A DNA stretch of 64,000 bases from Eukaryota sp. TZLM1-RC (GCA_040285825.1 JAUPSS010000010.1:990881-1054880), one strand, 5' to 3'; shown: positions 10,968-24,000, counted from the first letter of the stretch. Notes: generated from the letters alone by a model not told the origin. Numbers and translations are program-made.

Positions 10968-11133
10968 CAATGATTTTACATTTTATAATAATATAAATGA
11001 TTAAAAAGAATAATAAAATTGATCCATGGTTTGTTTTCGCTGAAAAGCGTCGAGATATTGTATTCCAGATGTTCGTTAGAGAAAGAAAAGCTACTGATAT
11101 TTACAGTAATAAATCAATAAAACATAAAGTAAA

Positions 11134-11867
11134 CTAATACTTGATAAATGGACATTGCATCCAGTGAGTCCAGCCTGCACTTCCACTGCCCTTAACGGGT
11201 GACTATGATTAAGAGAAGGCTGATTTTCATACTCTAATGACACCCTGCTTGGTTCCACGGGATTCGATAGCCCATCCAGATCCAACATAAACACCAATAT
11301 GGCCCTTCTTCCATAAGCAGAGACCAGGGGTTTCGGGAATAGAACTGATAGGACCCTTCTTGGTGGAGAGGTTGTACATCATATTGGCATTCTTGTCTTG
11401 TGCTGCATTGTATTTCTATGATTAGAGTTAAATCAAGAAACACACAGGTGATCCGCCATTCCACCACAAATATGATTTGATAAGACCAACACTGCGGTTA
11501 AGAAAGAATGTAATAAGCAAACCAATCGGCAGTGCGTTTCTTGTTAAGGTAATTTTGACGGATGAAAGACTCAAACTGGGGTGAGAAAAGGGTAGAGCAT
11601 ACAGGCTTGACATTGTTAGGGTACATGCGGATCTTCTCCTGAAGAATCGACTCAGTCAATTTATAACCAAAAGTGCCAAAGACATAGCTGATCATCAGAA
11701 GGAAATTGAAGAAACAAACCCCCATTTTTCAGCAAGAGCATAAAGTTAAAATATGTGGGATCACAAACCATTTTGGCATGATTGACAAGTCCTGTGCGGG
11801 TTTTAGTACCGGATACGGAAAAGATAAGTAAGCCAAGAAGACAGACAACAACTAAAGAACGACGCAT
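11134..11867 (-). CDS. Secreted NlpC/P60-like (papain-fold) peptidoglycan hydrolase, 184 aa, 7 exons
   Basis: Exons 11867-11769, 11739-11720, 11687-11603, 11575-11523, 11491-11446, 11415-11233, 11202-11134. They give a signal peptide + TKTRTGLVNHAKMALAEKWGYVFGTFG...RTADCVGLIKSYLW...KKGHIGVYVGSGWAIESRG...WTHWMQCPFIKY with a Cys/His/Glu triad. Confidence 0.88.
11740..11768 (-). other. 29-nt non-canonical GT-AT intron (NlpC/P60 gene intron 1)
   Basis: GTTTGTGATCCCACATATTTTAACTTTAT. Only this junction joins the signal-peptide exon in frame to ALAEKWG. Confidence 0.7.
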
Positions 11868-12174
11868 TGTAAGAGTTATGATTTCTTGAAAAACTTTTTT
11901 TGATGACAAAGAAGAATGAACACAAAAATGTGTCAACAATAAAGAAGCTAAGGTTCAAATAAGTAACTTATACTCAGTGCTTTACCACTATCTTCAAACG
12001 GAAGACTCTCTTGAGAACTAAAAAATTGTTTGAATTTCTTCCAAAAAACAATGAAATTTGATGTCTTTCTATGGTGTTCTCGTATAAAATTTTCCAATAA
12101 TAATTGATGAACATTGATGTTCAATCGAAGCTGAGAAATAGATTCGTTTTTATGAGATTTGAAAAACCTTTTAT

Positions 12175-14700
12175 TAACTGGAATATTTATTGAGATAAAA
12201 AAACCCATCAAGAATTCAATATCCTCCAAACAAGCGTCACTATTACTAAACCTACTCATATCATTACGTTCATATTCTACACCAATAGCTAAAAGGCCTT
12301 TGAAATCATTGTTGGAATAGACTTGAAAATGCAAAAAACAATTCTATTTAACCAGACAAAGGAATTCATTGTTTTACTAGACCTATTTAGTAACACTTTT
12401 TGGAATTTTTCAAAAAAGTGCAACCCTAAAGGTCCAATATTGCCAACAAGAGAAATTGCAAACGGCACAAACTGATATTTCACATGTACCACTCTACCTA
12501 ACTGTGCCAAAGGTTCTTCATATTTTTATCTTATTTTTTTCGGCGTTAGATAATGGTAAATCAGCGGAATACACTAAACGAGCAGCAGAATTATTGCAAA
12601 CATCAACTGAGACAAATTCTACAACATTGAGAACACCATTGATCCCTGGAGCTACTAAATCTGCCCTTTTTTTCACCAAAGGAATCATCAGTTTGATCTG
12701 GAGATAGCTTACGAACAAAAGTTTCAATAAATGCCTCTATATTGAAACTTTTGCACATGGCATACAATTGATCATAAACTGAGTCATGAACAATTGAGCG
12801 ATAAGTTGTAAAATATTTGCAGTTTAATATATGGGAAAGCGTAACCACACTCTTGCAGCGACAAATTAAATCATTCAGTCACGAACAAGGCCATAAGAAA
12901 CATCTCATTCTCATTGCAGTGGTCCATTAGTGATCATTAAGTAGAAGGCCATAAATGTTGGGAATTTAGGAGATTGGGCAACTTGAGCAACTGTCTTCAA
13001 GATCAATCAAAAAGTTTGCAAAAACGGGATTTTTTTCTTTAGCCAAGCTTAAACGTACAATATAATCCAAGTTTTCTAAAACTTTCAAGATTTTTTTCTG
13101 CAATTTTGCAAAAATCAGTGGTAAGGAGAGCAAGCTTCTTGAAGGAAGTTCCACAATATCAGAGGGGAAACATTTAGCCCAAATATTGGGTGAAAGAGTT
13201 TTAATTTTCTGTTTCAATGAAATAAGATAAGAGCTGTCACAATTTTCAATGAGATGAATTTTTTCAGGAAAACGATTCACAAATTCATAAATAAAATTCT
13301 TTCCACCTCCAATAAAGGCAGTTTTACAAAGGTAGCTTGATTTATGAAAATCAAAACCACCAAAATTTGTACCACAAAAAATGTGGCTTCGTAACTGAGA
13401 TGCATCAAATTCCAATAATTTTGCTAAAAAATTGATTCTTTGTTCATCAAAAATTCGACAAAACTCCAAAGAAATTGATGGTGATGTTGATCTCAAAATA
13501 TGAGTAAATTTTCCAGAATAACAAATTTTTAGAAAAAAGAATTTCAAATGTTTCTCAATATTTAAATTTTCTATTGATTCTAATTCATTTCCAAATTGAG
13601 TCAACAGAGTCGAAAGTTGGCCTTTGACTTCTTTAATATTTCCGAGATAATAACCCAAAAAACGAAAACCAGAGTGATCATAATTGATAAAGGGGACATT
13701 TACATCATTAATGACAAAATCAATTGGTTCATGACCAATAATTAAACATTTGGAGATATTTAATGAGAGACCAATATCTTCATAACGCTGCTGAATAAAA
13801 GTTGCTATTTGTTTGAGAATTGTAATAAGAGCAATTACAGAAATGTCATCAACATATGCAACAATATCTATTTCTGGGAATTTTTCTTTTAATTCGCACA
13901 TTAATGGATGAATTGCCAGACAAAAGAAAAAAGGACCAAGTGGATCGCCTTGTTTAACAGCTGAAGAAGAAAGCAGGTCAAAGTTTTCATAAACCAATGT
14001 TGATGATTTTCCATAAAATGAATAGAAAAAAGGCTCAACTTCAGGAAAATGCTTTCGCAGCAAAGGCAAAATGGAAGAACGAGATACAGAATTAAAAGCA
14101 TTCTTAAAATCTAAATTGAAGATGTAATTAGAATCACTAGAATTAAAAACCCATCAGACGAAAGAGCAGCAGATGAAGCACCATCAATTGTCTTGATTCC
14201 AAATTGAAATGGACTGAAAAATTCTTTGGCTTTTTTCCCAATTCTATTAAAAACAAGAGACGCAAGAATTCTTGAAAACGATTCTCCAATTGCAATTGTA
14301 CGGATTTTGGATTGACTTTTTTTGAGGGCAATTAAGCGAGCACTGGTCATCTCAAAAGGGACTTTAATTTTTAACGTAAGAAGATTGTTAAAAGAAGAAC
14401 AAGATCATCAGCAATTTCAGGACACTGTCCAACAGCTGATTAGATCATGTCAAAATTCAACAAAGATGGCCCAGGAGCTTTTCCAGTAGGCATTTGCTGA
14501 ATCAGTTTCTATACCTCTGAAGCATTGACTGGATTTTGCAGCCAATAATCAACTGAATCTGGTTTAGGACAATGAAAATTTTCTTCTGGATGAAGATGAT
14601 TCAATTGGAAAACTTTGAAACACCTGATATTACCCTTGTGTTGCTGGTACATTCACTTCATTATTTTATTCCTCCTTCTGTACAATGTATACTGACTTTT
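12175..14700 (-). mobile_element. Non-LTR retrotransposon family R2, decayed (RT + REL endonuclease)
   Basis: RLIALKK..KIRTIAIGE, QFGI, VKQGDPLGPFFF, YVDD; C-terminal HILNC...RADLV...VSVDV; several stops and frameshifts. Confidence 0.88.
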
Positions 14701-14989
14701 TTGTGGTGCTTACATGCACCATTGTTCCATAAAAAAAAGAATAACAATAATCGAAAATTCAATTTTTGACCCTTATTTGTAAAATAGATATCTCTTGCAA
14801 TTGAGTCTTTTTCTGTTTTAGTTCATCGTGAGTCATCATATTTTCAGATGGATTCCACGTTTTTCCAATTTCTTCGTTTTTAGCACAATTATAATATTAT
14901 GGAAGTGAATCTCTCAATAAGTAAACACAGTTACCAATTCAGTTAAATTCAGTTAAAATTTATTCTTACTTTAAGGTCAACTCGTCCTT

Positions 14990-16310
14990 GAGCGTCTTTT
15001 ACATTTTGCAGGTCGATTAACAAACTTTGGGTCAAATTGTATTCCTTCTTATTAGAAGTTAATGAATCTTTGATTGGAAGTCATTTGATTTGTTCTTCTT
15101 ATTTGGGTGGAATTGGCTTCATTAAGTCCCTAATTTGTGTTAAGCAGCATATTTGGTAAGTGGAAAAAATTTAGTTTTTGAATTTTTCCAACAGTTCCCT
15201 TATGATGTTCAATCTGATCAAAAGTGAATCTTATTTTTACCTAAATCAAATTCAATGTGAATTCGATAATTTGCCCAGTGATAACTGAATTCTCTGTTTT
15301 CCTCAAAATGTTCTAGAAATTCCGAACCCAATCACTCCCAAATTGACTTTTTTGGATGAAAAAGGTTCACCACTATCTTGTTGAATTATATAAAAGCTTG
15401 AAATACAAGGTAAGACTGAAGACCCCACCTTCGAAGAATTTTCGAAGGACATTCATGATAGTTCTGCTGCTGCTTTAGTAACGCAAATTCTCTCTTTTTA
15501 TGGACTTTTGTTCAAAAACAATGAATGGCTTTAAAACATGCGTTTACGTTGTTTTCTATGGCCAAACAATTTGCCTTATCATTTAACAACTAAATGTTAT
15601 AAACGTCTTTTGTTTACTCATGTATTGAACAGTAAGCATTTTATCACATTTAAAAGTAATGTACATAATAATGTCAGGGACCAAATTTAACTACGGTGAA
15701 AATTCCTGAAATCGAGTAGATTCCTTTTGAGAGCTATCAAAATTAATTCTGGATGACCCCAATATTGATAGTACGCATTACTACAACAGAGCTTCTATGG
15801 GTCTGACAAGAGGTGGTTTGACTGTTTCGGGCCTAAATGGCAGATTTACTATTTTAGATGCCGTGTTCATAGACCCTTTGAATTCTTCTAACCAACATTT
15901 CATTAGTTCCGATGTCGATAAACATCTTCCTGCTAACGAAAAATACAAAATTGCTGATTACGCGAAACCCATTTCCTCTTTAAATGAAAATTCTCATGCC
16001 CAATATAATTTATGTCCCTCTTTTTTTCATTGCTCCAATCTTTAGGTAAGGCTGCTTTGGCTTTCCTTAAGGACTTTAATGTAGTTGTAAAGGAAAACAC
16101 TGAAAGACTTTTTAATCGTTTTTACTGGCAAACAATAGTGTATTGTTTTATAAGGGATTGGTGAAATTAATTTTTGATTCACTTTTTTCTTTTGGTATTT
16201 TTTTGAATCTTGAGTAATAAGCTGTTTTAATGTAGGAGAACCAGGTTTTAAGATTGTGAAGATTTAGATGTGTGTATGCTGTTGTTTTATTCGATTTTTG
16301 ATAAATAAAC
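14990..16310 (+). mobile_element. Non-LTR retrotransposon family R3, decayed 3' half
   Basis: Colinear, diverged match to 58202-59547 (MGLTRG.L.V.GLNG.FTILDA...AKPISS.NENSHAQYNLCP). Confidence 0.85.
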
Positions 16311-16391
16311 ATGGTATCTTTAAAAAACTGAAGTTAGTGAAACAGGTATTTTCTTTTTTTTTCACCAAAATTTCAATTTTATTCAAAACCT

Positions 16392-19300
16392 TTAATTTAT
16401 TGAATTTGCACACTTGATTAAATTAAATCATAACTAATGGGACGACTATCATTAAACCAAGATTTCCTCTACAAAATCTTGATTTGCTTGCTGTCTAGCT
16501 AAAGCTTCTCTAATTCGATTGAAAAACCGCGGTAATCTATTAATAATGGCAAATTGAATCCGTGAACGCCATAAAAAAATATCAAATCTTTTCATTGTTT
16601 TTTCTTTCACCATTTTTTGGAAGTCATCCAAAAAAGTTTCTGCTTCAACTGATAATCTTCCATTTATCGAAAATGGAAAAGCAATAAAAACCAGCTGTGT
16701 ATTTCTATCGATATTTGCATCTTCAATTTCTTTATCATATTTTCTATGTTTTTCTTTTGCTTTAAAATCCAGAGCAGCCACAGGATTAAGTTTTCTTCTG
16801 TGAACCAAAGTATCGTTTGCAACATTACATGAGACAAAGTCAACAATAGCTTCAGAATTATCAATCCAATCACAGTATACATCACCTCTATCATCAGAAC
16901 CAAAAATTATTCAGAGAAAGTGTTTCTTTCAGCAGGGGCTCTTTGATACACGATATCCTTGCAGTTTGTGCCATATTGAAAACAGTGTCTCTAACAGCAT
17001 CATGTAATGAAGAACGATAAGTTATCAATTTAGAGCAATTTAGAGCATGGCGCAAAGTGAGTTGAGGTGAATTCGAACAAATACATTTTTCTTTTGATAA
17101 TAATTGGTTAATGGGGATGTTCAAATATAATCTCATTTTTGTTACAAATGCTTCATTAGTAGCACACAATCCAAATCTTCGTGGTACAATGGTTACAAAA
17201 AGTGAAGAATCTGACACCTTGTTTTCACAAACACCCTTTTCCAATAACAATGAGTGAAGATCTTGATTTAAAACAGCCGAGCTGCAAATATTATTATAAA
17301 GATCTTTTTCATACATTCCAGTCAATCTTTTCTGTAATGTTCGAAGAGTGTACTTCAAATTTAAAACATTTTTTTCTGGAATATTGCCATCGAATGATTG
17401 GGGAAAACATCGACCCCATTTTTCTACATCAATTCTTGAAATTTCTTCATTTAATGCAAAAACAGTGGAACTTTGCGTTGTCATCAATAAATCTTCCCAA
17501 TCTGCAAATCTTTCGGAGAACTCAAAGATTGCATTTCTGCATCCACCAACAAAAGCACACGAGGTAAGAATAGAAGCCTTCGTCCACCCTAAACCACCAT
17601 AATGTGGACTAAGGTAAGCATGATCTGGAATTTGAAACATTTTACATCCCAGTAATTGAGACAGAACTTTTGCACGTAACTCATTAAACTTTTGAGCCAA
17701 AGGTCTAGTGACGAGAGGATTTGTAGATCGAAATATATGATTAAAATTGGAACTAAAACACAGTCTTATAATGGTAAATTTGATGTGTTTTTTTATATCT
17801 AAATTCATCATTCGGTCAATTTTGTCAGAAATTGAGTTCAACTTTTCAAACAATTTTTTTGGTAATTTCATCATTATTTCCTAAAAACGAACCCAAATGA
17901 CGAATAGCATCAATTGAATATAATTTGGCTTGAATTTCAATATCATCAATTATTGTGGAAACTGGAGAATTCGATAACAAAAACACATTTAAGTAAATTA
18001 AGTCGGAGACCAATTTTGGTAAATAATTCTTTAAAACATACAGTTGCTTTTTTTCACAATATTTAATTCACCAATAAGCACAACATCATCCATATATGCA
18101 ATCATTTTTAGTGAAGGAAACATCTCTTGAATTTGCAGTAGAATAGGATGAATGGCCAAACAAAACAAAAGAGGTCCTAACGGATCTCCTTGCTTTACGC
18201 CACTTGATGAAATCAAAATGTTGTTACCAAAATGTAAATTAGAATATGTGCAATATGTTGATTGAAAATATGGTATTAATTCTGGCATATATTGCAATAG
18301 AGCACCATGGATACTGCGACGACTTAGCGAATTGAAAGCATTACTAAAATCCAATGACATGCAAACATTGGATTCATTTTGACGAAATAAGACATCAGTA
18401 GCAAAAATCGCTGAAGAGACTCCATCTGTAGTATTTATACCATATTGAAAGGGTAATAAAATCTTTTTAGCTTTTTCATTGAACCTGCTTAAGCAACACG
18501 CAGAAAAAATATTATGTAAGCTCTCAGAGACTGCAATAGGACGAACATCCATTTTTGAATTTTTGACAAGTGCAGTCAAACGAGAACTTCTAAATTCTTC
18601 TGGGTACTTGCGTTGACCAGATAATATTTGGTTGAAAAATTTGGTCAATAAACCAAGGCAATCTTCTGAAGAAATAATCGCGGCTTTTACATGATCAATA
18701 GTAATACCAGAAAGTCCGGCAGACTTACCACGAGGTCTCTTTTTGATAACCGAAAAAACTTCTGATGGCATCAATGGATAATTTTCCCAGTATGTGCCGT
18801 AAAAATTTTGATCCATAACAGGGTCTTCATAAGGATGAAGTATTTTCAATTTATCTACTGTATCTTCATTGTTCGGTGCTTTGACTCCGGGACTTAAAGC
18901 TGACAAAGCCTTGGACCATTTGTTGTCAAAGCATTTGTCTTCAAAAATTTTACTTAATTTCTCGGATGACTGATTTCTCGGTGCTATATTGGTTAAATCT
19001 TCGGAAATATTAACGAAATTTTGTTCAAAAGGAGGACAAAAAGAACCAAAAATTCCCAAATAATATTGATAGCATACTTTCCTTTACATAATTGATCCAA
19101 AAATCTTTGAAAAACGAAAGCAAATTCATTGCATTTGGTCGGATGAATTTCTTGAGGTATTCTTATAGGAGGATGGTAGTTATCAACCATGCGGCATTTC
19201 AAGCAGCGATCAGAAGTTTTTCCTTTTGCATTTTTTCTAAAAGAAATACCACAAGTGTTGCAAGTTTTGTGCTTCAATCGATTGCTAACTGGTTTTGCAA

Positions 19301-19578
19301 CAACTTGTGGAGCATTATTTATGGGTTCTACCTTAGACTCTTTCCTTCTAATAAATTTTCTTTTACATTTTGTTTCAGAATTTGCCGCATCATTTTTTCC
19401 AACATTGGGGCATATTCGAGCATTATGTCCCTGTTGTCGACACTTTGAGCATCTTTAGGAGCGTGGCTTTGTTTTTGAACAAACTTTTGTTTCATCGTGA
19501 TTGTCTAAAAATTCTTGATCAGAATTTTTTTTGTCCAAAAATGAAGAGAGAAGAGGTTGAGGAGGAGAGGTGGAAAGG
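16392..19578 (-). mobile_element. Non-LTR retrotransposon family R1, ~3.2-kb near full-length copy (CRE/R2-like, single ORF, frameshifted)
   Basis: CCHC knuckle CSKCRQQGHNARIC, second Cys cluster, RT (LDFSNAFNS, GVKQGDPLGP, YMDD), CIC..HALNC and RGDV..VDFVS REL motifs. Flanked by the direct repeat TTCAAAACCT at 16382-16391 and 19579-19588. Confidence 0.92.
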
Positions 19579-20060
19579 TTCAAAACCTATAAATCAACAT
19601 CTAAAAAATTCATCTCTCCCAGAACAAAACACTAGATGCAACTCTCTCATATTGAGATCCAAGAGAAAGCAAAGCATCAGAAACCATCTTCAACATCCCC
19701 TTAAAAATAGAAAACACAATTCTATTTTGCCAAAACAATCTGTTGAAATTTCTGCCAGTTCTTCTCTTTACAATCATTTCAAAATCATCCAAAAAACGTA
19801 AAGCAGTTGGTGCAAGTGAACCAAAAAGGGAAAATACAAATGGATACAAATTCTATTTTGCATGCTGTAGACTGGCCAATTTGGACAAAGGTTCATTGTA
19901 TTTTTTGAATTTAAAATTTTCAGCATTTGAAAGGGAATTATGAATTTCAGAATTAACTAGCCTTTCATTTGAGGCATTACAAGGATCAACAGACATTACA
20001 TTCAATAAAATGAAACTCCATCTAATCCAGGTAATATAACATCACCTCTATTATTCTTAC
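19579..20060 (-). mobile_element. Non-LTR retrotransposon family R4, 3' fragment interrupted by R1
   Basis: YPFVFSLFGSLAPTALRFLDDF...LFWQNRIVFSIFKG; the 3' end GGGAGAGATG...AGATGTTGA is shared with ~43925 and ~48100. Confidence 0.8.
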
Positions 20061-20339
20061 AAAAAGGTATTTTCAAGTTAAATTTGAATCCATTATCAAT
20101 AACATTTATTAATGTTATTGCTCAACTTCAACAACATTGATATTGTCAAATGTTGATGATACTTGGACCCATTCTCCTCAACACAATAGCGAAGTTGCTG
20201 TTTCTCTGCCATCAAATGGAGATGATTAACTTTTTTTGAATCAATATGTGAAAACAGGAGATCAAGAAATAATTTTTGGCTTAAGGATTATTATTATTCC
20301 TTTTCTGGGTCACCACACTATCTGGTATATTTTAATGTA

Positions 20340-20515
20340 TTTACTGAATTTGCTCACTTAATTAAATTAACTCATAACTAATGGGACCACTATCATTGAA
20401 CCAAGATTTCCTCTACAAAATCTCTCTCTGCTTGCTGTCTAGCTGAAGCTTCTCTCATTCGATTGAAAAACCGAGGTAATTTACTAATAATGGCAACTTG
20501 CATCCGAGAACCATG
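20340..20515 (-). mobile_element. Family R1 short 3'-end fragment
   Basis: Matches 16400-16570. Confidence 0.8.
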
Positions 20516-21078
20516 TGGTTAAATCCAACATTTCAAAAACAGTGGAAATTTCAAAGTTGAATCTCAAAGGTAATTCGATGAAACATTCCAATTTTACCTC
20601 TATTAGAATCTGCAAATACGAATTACTGTGTTAAGATTGAAAATGATGTTAGTACTTATCATCTTAAAGATGACGATCCTTTTTGGAAGCCTCCACTAGT
20701 GGAATGAGTTAATATGAGTATATCTGATAATATGCAATTACCAGAATTTCTGTAAACACTACAATAATATGTTCTCGTTTATCAATTGGTCATCAAATGA
20801 AAAGGTAAGTGTTCGAGTGTTAAAGAATGTTCAGAAATTATTCTCTCTTTTTCTAAAAAACAGTAAAAGTGTTTTAGGAAAATCAAAGTTCATAGCAATG
20901 AAAATTAATTAAAACAAGATATAAAATAAGACAGAAATAATAATTTACAAAACTTTATAAACAAAAATAAATAAAAATACCCAGTATTTTTAAATAAAAA
21001 AAAACAAAAAACAATTACAATAAAACAAATTAAATAAAAGAATCAAAAACAACTAAATCCCCGCTAATTGTGCCATAA

Positions 21079-24000
21079 TCAGTGACTTCTTTTCGTTCTT
21101 ATACTGCTTCCGCTCCTTGATCTGTTCAGTGGCGGCAAGTTCTTTTTTCCGCCACTACCAGGTTTTGAACTGAAAGCTAAAGGATTTACCACACCAACTT
21201 GAGGGTTTCTATTAAAAACTTTGTTATAACCCTCCTCTCGATTTACAAGTTCCATTTTGAAAAACTGCATTTCTTGCAAAGTCTTGGCAAGTTCACGTTC
21301 TTTTTGAACCAGTTTTGATTGAAGATCATTAATCATTTCAATATCCTCTGGTCTAGGTTCTCTAGACTCGAATCTTTGCATTAGTTCCAAATTTTCAGCT
21401 TCCAATGCTGAAATTTTGGAGTCAAGATCACTCTGTATGCTGGCCATTTCATCATGTAAATTCCGGACCCGCTCAGAATTCTCATTGACTAGAGCAGAGA
21501 GTTCAAGCTGATGACGTTCTCTAATAGATTGCAACTCTTTGAGATGCTCAGATCCTTGCTGTTCAAGTTCAGTTTTAAAACCATTTTCAACAGAAATCAA
21601 CTGATTTTTGGTCTTTGCCACGTCACCATTAAGCTCTACCACCATTTTTTCCAAATCTTCGACCTTTTTCTTGTACTTACTGACCTTGCCGTCAAGCGAA
21701 GAATTTTTTTGCTTATATTGCTCAATTAATTGTTTATACTCAGCCCTTTTCTTTTTGAATTCCTCATCGTGAACAGCTTGTAGAACAGATTTTTGCTTGT
21801 TGAGCTCTTCTTGTAACGAAATTTTGGCATGTTGTTCTAACTTGGAATATTCGCCTTCAAATTGTTGCTTCAAATTTGAAACATTCGAATCTGCCTTCTC
21901 TTCCAAATTTTGAATCCTATTTTCATACTGATCCTTAAGGAGCTCTATTTCTGATTCTTTTTGATCCTTGAGCTCTTCCAATTTCGCACACCATTGAGAA
22001 TTAATTTTTTGAATTTCTGATTCGTAATATTTGCGATATTCTTCTAGCTTTTTATTTAAATGTTCTTCTTGGTCATTAATGATTTGTTCCGCGGCAGAAG
22101 TCATTTCTCTTTTTGTATCGTTTAATTTGACAATTAATTGAGATTTCTCTTCTTTTAATAGATCTGAAACTTTACTTATATCACTGATTTTTTGATTCAA
22201 TTCCTCAATAGTTGATTCATATTGACTTTTTAAGTTTGAGCTTGATTCTTGAAGTTTCTTCTCCGCGGAAATATTCAAATTCATTATTTCGGTTTTTAAA
22301 GCATTGATCTCTTCTTCGTAATGACTCGTCAAATGTGAAATTTTTGATGTGTGATCTTCTGATATTTTGATGAGCTCTTCTTTGTGTTTTTGTACTAACA
22401 TTTTGATCTCTTCATCGAAATTTTCATTCTCCCTTGTCAACTTGTCAACTGACGCCACCAAATTTTCAACCTTCTTCTCCATTTCAGAGACTTCAAGAGA
22501 CTTTTGCTGATTTTGAGATGATAATTTTGATATTTGATCTTCTAATTTGGTTTGTTTAGAATCCATTTCTTTTAATTTTTTCCGTTCTCCGTCTAATGAT
22601 TTATTTAATTTCTCAATTTCTTTTGAAAATTGTTCATTTTCATTTTGTAATTCACTATTTTTTGTAGTAAATTCAGCAAGTTTGGACTCCAATTGTTTAA
22701 CCAAACCTAGACTGTCTTCTGTTTCGTTTTCCAAATCAGCAACCAAATTGAGTGCCTCATCATGCTTACGTGTCAGTTCGTCAAAAGATGAGCTCAAGTC
22801 TGAAAATTTTGATTCTAACTCACTTAACTCACGTTCAAGATTGTCCTTTTCTTTTTGCAACGTGTCTTTTTGGTTCTGTGACGTCGACTTCTCAGTTTTG
22901 ATTGCCTTGATCTCTGCTCGTAAATCCGAAATTTTGTTATTTTTTGACATTAATTCAGTTTGAATAGCATTTATGTCCATTACTAATTTCGTATTACTTT
23001 CATTCAATTCTTGAAAATCAGATGACATTTTTAAATATTTGGTATTTAAATCAGCTGCTGAAGTCTCGATTGATTGAATTTTTGATTGCAGCTCAGTAAT
23101 CTCTCCATCTTTTTGATCGATTGTGGTCAATAACTCAGAATTTTTCTGCAAAACTTCACTTTTTTCCTGCCGAGTCAAGGCGAGTTCAGAATTTAGTTGA
23201 CCATTTTGACCCTGTAATTCAATCAATTTTTGATTGCTATCAGTTTTGAGTGACTCCAGAGACTCTTGTTGACTTTGTTGAAAACTTTCAAAGTCGCTCT
23301 TAATTTTTGAAAGTTGAGAAGAAAGTCCAGAATTTTCAGATATCAAATTTTCAATACGTTCCCCATCTGAGCTCTTCTTCCTTCTTAAATCCTCCAGATT
23401 TTGGCCCAATTCTTTTTTTTCCTTTCTTAACTTGTCAATTTCTCTCTCATTTTTTATTAAATTACCATTAAATTTCTCCTTGTTGAAATTAAATTCTGAA
23501 TGCAATTCAGTATTTGCTCTATTGAGTTCCTCAATTTTTGCCTCAAGTTTTGAAATTTCTGCAGACATTGCTTGACTTGATTCATTTTTGACCTTATTGA
23601 GCTCTTCTTTACTTGACTTAAGTTGACCCTCTAAATTTTCCTTTTCGTCCAAATACTTCACCATCAGTTCATTATACTTTGAATTATGAGCCTTTATAAA
23701 CTTATCTAATTCTTTTTGGTATTTTTCATACTCGGCCTGTTCAACTTCTTTGGCAAATTTGGAATTTTCCTCTGAGTTTGACTTTAAATTATTTTCCAAT
23801 GATTTCACTTGATTTTCTAACAAAGTCTTGGCTTTTCTTGCAGAATCAAGCTGTTCTTGGAGATTCTGACGTTCTTTTTGAGCCTTTGTGAGTGATTCGG
23901 ACCATTCCTGTTTAAGCTTAACTAGTTCAGAATTAAGAGTTTCAAGTTCATTCTCATGACTTTGGTTGATTTCTTCCTGTTTTTTGACCTGATTGGCTTT

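Noticed and set aside
11091-11939. Five short ORFs listed in the track
   Set aside because: They are out-of-context pieces of the single spliced NlpC/P60 gene.
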